Source: Phycisphaerae bacterium (GTDB lineage: Bacteria; Planctomycetota; Phycisphaerae; UBA1845; PWPN01). From it: a stretch of 64,000 nt of DNA. The notes beneath the pieces are model-generated. The model was not told the origin of the DNA, searched no databases, and saw only the letters and a list, made by a program, of their open reading frames with translations. Of the stretch, positions 56,612-64,000 are shown one piece after another. The DNA lies in the NCBI GenBank assembly GCA_012729395.1, contig JAAYDF010000229.1:299-64298 (forward strand), in the 5' to 3' direction. The translations under genes were made by a program, and so were the position numbers. The first letter of the stretch is position 1. Every line of letters begins with the position of its first letter.

Positions 56612-57283
56612 ATGACAGCGCGCATGCAAACGATCTGCGTCTGCACCAGTCTGGCGATGGCGTTCGCCACCGCGTCCGCCCGAGCCAACCTGCTGGTGGA
56701 TCCGGGTTTCGAGAACAATCCCACCACCAACTACTTTACCGTGCTTAACAACTTCCCTGGATTCCAGGGATTCTGGGGGGTCGAGGCGGCGACGATCAAC
56801 GGGGTCGACGGCCCGGTGGTCCCGCCGGAGGGCGTCCGGATGCTACGCATGGTCAGCGATGGGCTGATTGCCACCCAGGCTTTCCAGACCACGGACGTGA
56901 CCTCTTACGCGGCGCTGATTGACAGCGGTGGGGCTACGGCCCAGGTCAGCGCTTTGTTCAATGCCAATGTCCAGGCCGCTGCGGCGGGCATGTCCATCCG
57001 GTTCTTCTCGAGCGGCAGTTGGGCTTCGCCGATCAGCGCCGTCTTCGGGAATCTCGTTCTCGACAGCAACCCGGCCACTTGGGAGCCTGTCTTGGTCGCC
57101 CCCCCAGTACCCGTCGGTACCCGCTGGATGGTCACCGAGCTGATCTACAACAACGCGTCGCTGCAGGGCCATGCGGGCTATGTTGACGCGGCCAGGCTGG
57201 TGATCGTGCCCGAGCCGACCACACTGGGGTTGCTCACCCTGGGCGGCATGGCAATCATGCGTCGTCGCGGGCGGAAACTGTAG
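56612..57283 (+). CDS. PEP-CTERM surface protein with a CBM-like jelly-roll domain
   Basis: ANLLVDPGFE...GYVD; VPEPTTLGLLTLGGMAIMRRRGRK. Confidence 0.9.
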   Translation: MTARMQTICVCTSLAMAFATASARANLLVDPGFENNPTTNYFTVLNNFPGFQGFWGVEAATINGVDGPVVPPEGVRMLRMVSDGLIATQAFQTTDVTSYAALIDSGGATAQVSALFNANVQAAAAGMSIRFFSSGSWASPISAVFGNLVLDSNPATWEPVLVAPPVPVGTRWMVTELIYNNASLQGHAGYVDAARLVIVPEPTTLGLLTLGGMAIMRRRGRKL

Positions 57284-57842
57284 CGTCTCATCGACGATGG
57301 CGCAAAATCATCCAGAGTGGTCATGGCGGGCGTTGACTGGACCTCGGGCCCGGTCAGCGCCCGCTGACAATGCCGAATACAGATCCCCGCGACGACGACG
57401 CGGTCAAGGGACTGCGATTCAGAGCTGGCGCGGACCTGCATACCAAGCGTCCATCCGCTATAGGATGCCCTGGCGTGTGGCTGGCCGATCCGGTTATCAT
57501 CCCCATCAAGCCAATCGCCGCAATCATGCAGGAGCCTCAGCTGGCCGTTCTTGGCCCCGTAACACGGGCGGTCCCCAGGACCAAGGCGGCTTGTTGCTGA
57601 TCGTCTGATGCGTCCGGGCACTGCTCATCAACCCATTGCCCCGGTCGCCATCACCAGGCTGCCCCAGTCCTCAGCGAATCCACACTCCGTCCGTCTCGTC
57701 ACGGCCTGCCGTACACGCGCCGCCGCCCAAGAGCCTCGCCACCGCGTCAAAGATGTGTACAATGACCGCAGTCACCCGCATCTTGCTCGACGATCGGGCG
57801 GGCAGGGTTCGTCAATTCTCTTTGCGAACGGAGTGTCAAGCA

Positions 57843-59279
57843 ATGTGCCAGCAATGCACGCGTCGGGTCTTCCTCGGCAGCACCGCGGCAGGCGGTCTGT
57901 TACTCGCATCGAGTCGTCTGACAGCAAGCGGCGCTGGGGCCGTCCACACCGCCAAGCCTGCGAGCAAGGTCCGCATCTGCACCATCTTTGCTGGGAGCTG
58001 CGGAGAGCCCGGCAGAAACTGGGTGGTCACCGAAGGCGAGATGGCTGCCATGAAGGCACGCATGGTCGAGGCCGAGAAGAACCTCGGCAACGTCGAGTTC
58101 GTCATCGGGCAGGCGGGCAACGGAGCCGAAGCGGCGGCCCTGCTGGCCAAGGCAGGCGACGACGCTCCGGCCTTGGTGATCAACCTGCAGATCGGCGGCT
58201 TGGTGAGAACCGGAGTCGCCACAGCGGTGCTCGAATCGCGCCGCCCGATGGTGGTCTTCTCAAAGCCAGCCAGCGGCCATGACTGGATGTATCCCTATCG
58301 ATGGCACAAGGAAGGGCATCGCGTGACGCTGTTGGCGACCAGCGACCATAGCGAGTTGGAGCGGGCCGCGTCGCTCCTGCGCGTTGCCCCCCTGCTTCGC
58401 CGCAGTCGCGTCCTCATCATGCTGCCCATGCAGGGTACGCCCGCATCCTGCTCGCCGGAGAAAATCAAGGAACGCCTCGGCACTGAACTGGTGGCCATCG
58501 ATCAGGAGCGGTTCAACCAACTGCTCGACGCCGTGGACACCCAGGCGGCCGAGGCCGAAACCGAGCGGTGGCTGCGCGGGGCCAAACGCGTGGTCGAACC
58601 CCAACGCGAAGATGTGCTCAAAGCGGCCAAGGTCAGCTTGGCAATGGATAAGCTGATCGAGGAAGAGCAAGCCCAGGCGCTGGCCATCGGTACCTGCATG
58701 GCTTGGCTGCCGCGGGGCTTCCCCTGCCTGGGCTTCACCCGCTTGCGCGACCGAGGCATCCCCGCCTCCTGCGAAGGCGACATGGACTCGCTGTGGACTA
58801 TGCTCATGTTCCAGTACGCCTTCGGCATCGCCGGCTTCCAGGGCAACGCGACCTTCGACACTTCCCGCAACGCCCTGTGGACCGCCCACTGCGTCGGCCC
58901 GCTGAAGATGGACGGGCCCGACGGCCCTGAGGCACCCTACCTCCTCCGCAGCCACTCGGAAATCGGCTACGGCGTCGTGCCCGAGATCCAGTATCGCGTC
59001 GGACAGGAGATCACCCGCGCCAAGTTCGTCAATCTCGACACTATGCTTGTCTCCGGCGGGACGATTATGGAGGTCCCCGAACTGTCCGAACGTGCCTGTC
59101 GCACCCAGATCGTCACCAAGGTACCCAACGTCGATAGTCTCGTCCGGAACTGGTCCACCGGCATCCAGGGCAACGACATGATGACCCTGCTGCACCGAGT
59201 GGTGTTCTACGGCAATCGCACGCAGGATCTGCGGCACCTGGGCGACCTCATGGGCTTCAACGTCGTACAGGAGGGGTGA
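57843..59279 (+). CDS. Tat-exported L-fucose/L-arabinose isomerase-like protein
   Basis: TRRVFLG Tat motif; PCLGF...GIPASCEGD, AHC, CRTQ and HRVVFYG motifs. Confidence 0.75.
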   Translation: MCQQCTRRVFLGSTAAGGLLLASSRLTASGAGAVHTAKPASKVRICTIFAGSCGEPGRNWVVTEGEMAAMKARMVEAEKNLGNVEFVIGQAGNGAEAAALLAKAGDDAPALVINLQIGGLVRTGVATAVLESRRPMVVFSKPASGHDWMYPYRWHKEGHRVTLLATSDHSELERAASLLRVAPLLRRSRVLIMLPMQGTPASCSPEKIKERLGTELVAIDQERFNQLLDAVDTQAAEAETERWLRGAKRVVEPQREDVLKAAKVSLAMDKLIEEEQAQALAIGTCMAWLPRGFPCLGFTRLRDRGIPASCEGDMDSLWTMLMFQYAFGIAGFQGNATFDTSRNALWTAHCVGPLKMDGPDGPEAPYLLRSHSEIGYGVVPEIQYRVGQEITRAKFVNLDTMLVSGGTIMEVPELSERACRTQIVTKVPNVDSLVRNWSTGIQGNDMMTLLHRVVFYGNRTQDLRHLGDLMGFNVVQEG

Positions 59280-59471
59280 GCGATCCACCCTTGCGGGCCT
59301 TGGAGAGCGGCAGTCGTCGGGACTACCGCGTGGTCCGCGCGCGCCGACGCCTGGCCCCGACCGGAACCAGGCGCCGACGTGATGGAAACGGTGTATCTGA
59401 AACTGCCGCGGTGAAGCACCCACCCAAACCGTGCCGTAAGACCGGTCGGCGGCCTCACCGCGAGTTGCCCG

Positions 59472-59897
59472 TCACCCGTCTCGGGTATACGGGGATGCCC
59501 GAGGTTGTGCTGAACTCGTCAAGGCGAACCTGAGCCGACGGATGCGGACCGATAACCGGCTCACCGCCTCTCCCAACGGCCGCCCTCCCCATCTGCCCAG
59601 CCGGGCCGCAATCGTCGTCCGCGGGCTACGCGTTAGCCTGATTTCTTGCAGGCGACGGGCACGGCGTCGTGCCACCGTGCGTCTCAACGCCCGAAGCAAG
59701 CCATCAGCGGCTTGGGCATCACCCGCTTCAAGCCAGATCATGGCGTCATACCATCGCTCCAGCTCACGGCCAGGCTCCACTCGCAACCGAAGTACGTCCA
59801 GGGCATGCCCCAGCTCCGCAAGTGTCGGTTTGCTTGCCGGCTGAGCCTCGGTTCTCGCCCTGTTCATCCGTCGCCTGTTCCGCATGGTCGCAATCAT
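59472..59897 (-). CDS. hypothetical Arg-rich protein (start uncertain)
   Basis: Open frame with plausible helical core (LAELGHALDVL...WYDAMIWLE); no family recognised. Confidence 0.35.
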   Translation of the reverse strand: MIATMRNRRRMNRARTEAQPASKPTLAELGHALDVLRLRVEPGRELERWYDAMIWLEAGDAQAADGLLRALRRTVARRRARRLQEIRLTRSPRTTIAARLGRWGGRPLGEAVSRLSVRIRRLRFALTSSAQPRASPYTRDG

Positions 59898-59952
59898 CTT
59901 CCCAACATGCCGAAAACCCGGATCAATCCGGCCCGGCCCCCCATCCAACCGC

Positions 59953-60156
59953 CTACCCAAGGAAGAGCAAGGCAAACAGGGCAAAGTGAATCAGGACAGC
60001 CGCCAGAAGAACGCCACAGGCAAACCAACCCGGATCACAGCCAAACACCCGCGATGGGGCCTGCTGCGATTTTTGCGGTGACCAAGCTTGGGGTGCTTCG
60101 CCCATCCACCCGTCGCTGGCGACCTGGCCGAGATTATCGCTCCCTGAAGACTTCAT
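59953..60156 (-). CDS. small hypothetical protein with a C-terminal TM helix
   Basis: AAGGGG RBS before ATG 60156; ends GVLLAAVLIHFALFALLFLG. Confidence 0.45.
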   Translation of the reverse strand: MKSSGSDNLGQVASDGWMGEAPQAWSPQKSQQAPSRVFGCDPGWFACGVLLAAVLIHFALFALLFLG

Positions 60157-60504
60157 AGTCCCCTTGGCACCCGAAATCGCCGTTGAGCGCGCCTCCCGCT
60201 CTGCTGATGCCCCAATACGCCGGACACACACCTCTGCACGTGTAGCACGATGTAGAGCCATGTCAACATACCCCATTTTTCGACGAATCCGCTCTACATG
60301 TTGTCTTTCGGCGCGGGTTCGCGGTATAGTATTTACATAGTCGCGGTCTCCCGTAGACACGGGCGGCCACCGGTCGATTGAAGTCGCGGAGCGGGATCCT
60401 CGTTTGGGCGCTCAGGCTTGCGGAAGAGGGCTTGGGGATATTAGCACCCCCAGACTGCCTCCCGGATGATCCGCAGCCTTGGCGGTGATTGGGAAGGGCA
60501 TGTA

Positions 60505-60816
60505 ATGGCACAACAGAAACCCTCATTTCGCCTCCCTGAAGCAGTATTAGATATTTTGGAGACCGTCGCGGAACAAATGGAGCAGCAGTTCCACAAACGC
60601 CCCAAAGTCTCACACTTTTGCCATGCTGCCCTCGTGGATTTCCTCAGTCTGGATCTTCGCACACAACTTGACCGCATCTATGATCGAGAGCGCAACTTGG
60701 ACACACTGAAGCTAAGAACGAGCCTTGAACAGGGGCTGGCGCGTACTGAGACAGAGTATCAAGTACCACGCGTCGTCCTCGGTCGGAAAGCAGTCGGTAG
60801 TAACGAATCAGAATGA
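60505..60816 (+). CDS. ribbon-helix-helix DNA-binding protein
   Basis: KPSFRLPEAVLDILETVA...KVSHFCHAALVDFL strand-helix-helix pattern; lower GC. Confidence 0.55.
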   Translation: MAQQKPSFRLPEAVLDILETVAEQMEQQFHKRPKVSHFCHAALVDFLSLDLRTQLDRIYDRERNLDTLKLRTSLEQGLARTETEYQVPRVVLGRKAVGSNESE

Positions 60817-61804
60817 TTTCCTCGACGGACAAGCAGGGCATCGGGCTCAGGCACGGTGCCAGAGTTGGAGAAGAGACCACATTACGCTTCTGCATGAGCG
60901 TTGCTCCCCCCGGCCGGCCGATCGAGTCGGTTCAAGCCGCGACCAATTGAACGCTTCAGGACGCCTCGCGTTTCTCCGGTCGTTCGTAACACCTTCCACT
61001 TCCTCGGCGGCGCCTTCCGCCATACCCAAACGGAACGCCGAGAAACAGCACGGCGGCACTGAGAAACGATCGCATGCCCCCCTGCCCGCAGTCATCCTCC
61101 GTGTGATTCCGCAACCGCGTATCCGCCCGGTCGGTGACCGTTGTTGCTGAGCCCTCGGGGGCCGTTCGCGCAGCCATCGCAGCATCCATCCAGCTGTTGC
61201 CCGCTCCGAAGAACCATCCGGGCTTCGAAGTCACCAAGGGCCAATCACACGAGGCACCTTCACATCCCGGCCCGCAGCGTTGATCCGTCTGGCATGTCGC
61301 CTCCCGCGGCGGCCATGGCTCCGCGAAGCGCATCCGGTCGAGCGGATACGTTAGCTTACCATACTTCGGATTATATGCAAGTAAGTTTTTCTCTTATTTT
61401 TCAGGGGCTGGTCCTTTTTTGCCGAACGACTCCATCCATCCGCCGAAACGCCGCTGCGTCAGCTGCGAGCCATACCCTTTCCAGGGATCGCATGAACCTT
61501 GCTTTGAATCGCCGCAAGATATTTCATAAGTCCATGGTGTTCAAAATGTTACGGAATGACCCCATTGCAGCGAGCACCTGCGATCAACGGGAAGACCGGA
61601 CATCGGAGCAGGCTATCGGCCGCCAGACTCCCTCCGCAACCCACAGGGGATATTGGCTCCAGGCAAGACTCAGCAAACTGATCGCCCAGGCCCGCCCTAT
61701 ATTGCGCAAAGATTTACTCTTAGGTTTCTCGCCGACACGAAGGAGCACCCGTCTCCTGGCCGGGAACCCGGTCCGCCTGGACGAGGATCTCTCCGGAGCC
61801 GCCG

Positions 61805-61834
61805 TTGACACCCATGGGGGAATGCTTCTAGGCT
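61805..61834 (+). promoter_or_regulatory. sigma70-type promoter, probably giving a leaderless transcript
   Basis: TTGACA-N18-TAGGCT ending 7 nt before ATG 61842; no Shine-Dalgarno. Confidence 0.5.
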
Positions 61835-61841
61835 ACACGGC

Positions 61842-62420
61842 ATGATCGTGCTGATCGATAACTACGACTCGTTCACCTACAACCTCGTCCAGCGGATCGG
61901 CGAACTCGACCGCTCGCGAGTGATGAAGGTTTACCGCAATGACCAAGTGACGCTGGACCGGATCGAGGTGGATAAGCCGGACCATATCATCATCTCGCCG
62001 GGTCCGTGCACTCCTCGCGAAGCGGGTATTAGCGTCGAGGTGGTGCGGCATTTTGCGGGGAAGATCCCGATTCTCGGCGTCTGTCTCGGGCACCAATCGA
62101 TCGGATTCGCCTTTGGTGCGGAGATTGTCCGTGCGGACCGACTCATGCACGGCAAGACGAGCGAGATTCAGCACGATGGCCGAACGATTTTTGCAGGCGT
62201 CAGCAACCCCTTCACCGCCACGCGCTACCACTCTTTGGTGATCCGGCCGGAGACGCTCTCGTCGGAGTTTGAGGTCACCGCCCGTACAACGGACGCTCCA
62301 GACACGGAGATCATGGGGATACGGCACAAGAGCATGCCGATCGAAGGCGTACAGTTCCACCCGGAGAGTTTTCTGACCGACGAAGGTCCCAAGCTGCTGG
62401 CTAACTTCATGCAGATGTGA
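61842..62420 (+). CDS. trpG: anthranilate/aminodeoxychorismate synthase component II (TrpG/PabA glutamine amidotransferase)
   Basis: IDNYDSFTYNL, SPGP, GVCLGHQ, RYHSL, GVQFHPES. Confidence 0.93.
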   Translation: MIVLIDNYDSFTYNLVQRIGELDRSRVMKVYRNDQVTLDRIEVDKPDHIIISPGPCTPREAGISVEVVRHFAGKIPILGVCLGHQSIGFAFGAEIVRADRLMHGKTSEIQHDGRTIFAGVSNPFTATRYHSLVIRPETLSSEFEVTARTTDAPDTEIMGIRHKSMPIEGVQFHPESFLTDEGPKLLANFMQM

Positions 62421-62503
62421 CCCTGTGGGTCGGCAGCGGGATAGCCGCCCGCTGCAACCACGCGGCACATGGAATGCACCGGTGATCCGCTTCCGCGGGC
62501 GCA

Positions 62504-63718
62504 TCATCGCTCGGGCGGGCGCTCTTGTATTGCCTCCCCTGGAGGGTCGGTACTTCGCGGGCGGCAGGCGCGCTCGACAATCACGATGAATAGCAGCAGG
62601 GCGAAGAATGCCGGGACTACGAAGAAGCTGGCCCGCAAACCGGCTCGGTCCCCGACGAAGCCCATCAACCACGACACGAACGCGAAGCCGGGTATGCCCG
62701 CGCAGGAGAGCAGAATGAACAGGGCGGTGGGCTCAACTGGCAAGCGGTCGACGGCATAGGACTGGATGCTCGGCCAGAAACACGCAACCGAGAGACCGGC
62801 CAGCACAAGGAGCGTGTAGAGAGTCTCCAGGCTTTGCACCTTGGGGACGAGGAAGCTGATGCCCAGCCCCGCGAGCGCGGACAGGATGATGAACCGGCGA
62901 AGGTGTCGTTGCTCGATCAGCCAGCCACCCGCGAACCGGCCAACGATCATGCCACCGGCAAAGCAGGCTGTGCCGATTCCCCCGGCCCGCGGCAAGCCCT
63001 GATGGTGCAATTGGATGTAGCTGGCGCTCCAGAAGGTGAACGCACCCTCCGCCCCGCCGGCGAGGAACATCATTGGGACAAAAAGCCAGAACCGGCCAGT
63101 GGTCAAAATCTCGCGTTTGTGGCCCAGCACGTCGCCCGCGGTGTGACTGATGACATGAGGGGCATGGCGAGCGAGAAACAAGAAGAGCCCGCCCGCCAAG
63201 ACGCTGAAGCCCGCCAGCGACGCGGCAATGACGCGCCAGGATACGTTGCGAGTGAGGAGGTCGCCGGTGATTAGGACGGTCAGGAGTACGCCGACGGACC
63301 AGAATCCGTTGACGATGTTGAGGTAGCGGCCAGAGTCGCTCGGATGCAACTCCTGGACGAGCGGATTGATCAGACCTTCGACGACCCCGCCGCCCAGGCC
63401 GACCAGCGCCGCGGCCATGACAATCACACCGTAGACCGGGGCCATGGCGTAAAGCCCCAGGCCCACACCGAGGACGACAAGGCCCATCCCAAGGACCGAA
63501 GCCTTGCCCCACCGTGCCGCGGCAAACCCGCTTGCCAGCAGCACGAGCAGAATGAGCAGGCTGCGGGCGACCTCGATGGTGCCGCCCTGGGCCAACGTGA
63601 GCGACAATTCGCTGGCCAGGATGACCAAGCAGATTGGCGTGAGCACGGCGCTGGCCGAGTAGGCCAGGAAACTCACACAGGCCGCCCCATCGAGCCAATG
63701 GAACCTGAGCTTCGCCAT
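62504..63718 (-). CDS. MFS transporter (FucP/TsgA-like)
   Basis: About 12 TM helices; NPLVQELHP...YLNIVNGFWSVG; GGAEGAFTFW. Confidence 0.88.
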   Translation of the reverse strand: MAKLRFHWLDGAACVSFLAYSASAVLTPICLVILASELSLTLAQGGTIEVARSLLILLVLLASGFAAARWGKASVLGMGLVVLGVGLGLYAMAPVYGVIVMAAALVGLGGGVVEGLINPLVQELHPSDSGRYLNIVNGFWSVGVLLTVLITGDLLTRNVSWRVIAASLAGFSVLAGGLFLFLARHAPHVISHTAGDVLGHKREILTTGRFWLFVPMMFLAGGAEGAFTFWSASYIQLHHQGLPRAGGIGTACFAGGMIVGRFAGGWLIEQRHLRRFIILSALAGLGISFLVPKVQSLETLYTLLVLAGLSVACFWPSIQSYAVDRLPVEPTALFILLSCAGIPGFAFVSWLMGFVGDRAGLRASFFVVPAFFALLLFIVIVERACRPRSTDPPGEAIQERPPER

Positions 63719-64000
63719 ACGAACAGACTCCCTGCGGACACTCCGGTATGCTACCCGACGCGGTCCGGGAAGTAACACGGACGACCGTGCGGTCGCACTC
63801 GATTATCAGGTCGGGCCCGGTCTGCACGATCCCCGTGCGAAAACCAGATCGGTCAAGCAGAGATCGCCCAGCGAGCGGCGGGGTTTATCCCCGCCTTCCG
63901 TCCGCGTACGGTGACGAGACCGGAACAGCGAAGTGATGCCGCTCGCCCTGCCCACGGATTTGCACGCGTCGGTGTAGCCTGTCACGCCGAGCGAAGAGCG

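Noticed and set aside
60259-60290. dif/Xer-like site (also 36035-36062 and 61354-61382)
   Set aside because: Only one arm resembles the consensus in each case; the XerD arm TTATGTTAAAT is poorly matched
61141-61845. 234-aa ORF upstream of trpG
   Set aside because: No motifs, atypical composition, and it runs across the trpG promoter
63780-64000. Possible gene end at the window edge
   Set aside because: No frame gave a recognisable protein

Overview
GC-rich chromosomal window, probably from a planctomycete of class Phycisphaerae (inferred from gene content, not from a marker gene). No rRNA, tRNA, CRISPR array, integrase or transposase was recognised. In order it holds: (1) the tail of a TSP3-repeat surface protein, ogt, three tandem YcgR/PilZ genes, a CxxC-x17-CxxC zinc-ribbon gene, a LacI regulator and a phosphoglycosyltransferase/formyltransferase/PIG-L deacetylase trio; (2) a ~16 kb type IVa pilus locus (pilin, pilMNOP, secretin, TPR lipoprotein, pilB, pilT, pilC) with a histidine kinase, receiver, HD-GYP phosphodiesterase and STAS gene embedded in it; sigma28-type promoters precede the pilin, pilM and the PilZ operon; (3) a MacAB-TolC-type exporter with an OmpR/HK pair and a shared operator box; (4) a surface-protein island with four secreted proteins that each end in cohesin-like, Ig-like, X-module-like and dockerin-like domains, seven PEP-CTERM proteins, a sigma54 activator lacking a regulatory domain, two pseudo-receivers and two structured leaders; (5) a Tat-exported fucose-isomerase-like protein, a small orphan island resembling a phage switch, trpG/pabA and an MFS transporter. 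The best candidates for an undescribed system are the cohesin+dockerin quartet with combinatorially shuffled modules and the sigma28/c-di-GMP-wired pilus locus. Domain calls come from motif recognition by eye; no searches were run. Several starts were moved from the ORF track to better-supported codons.
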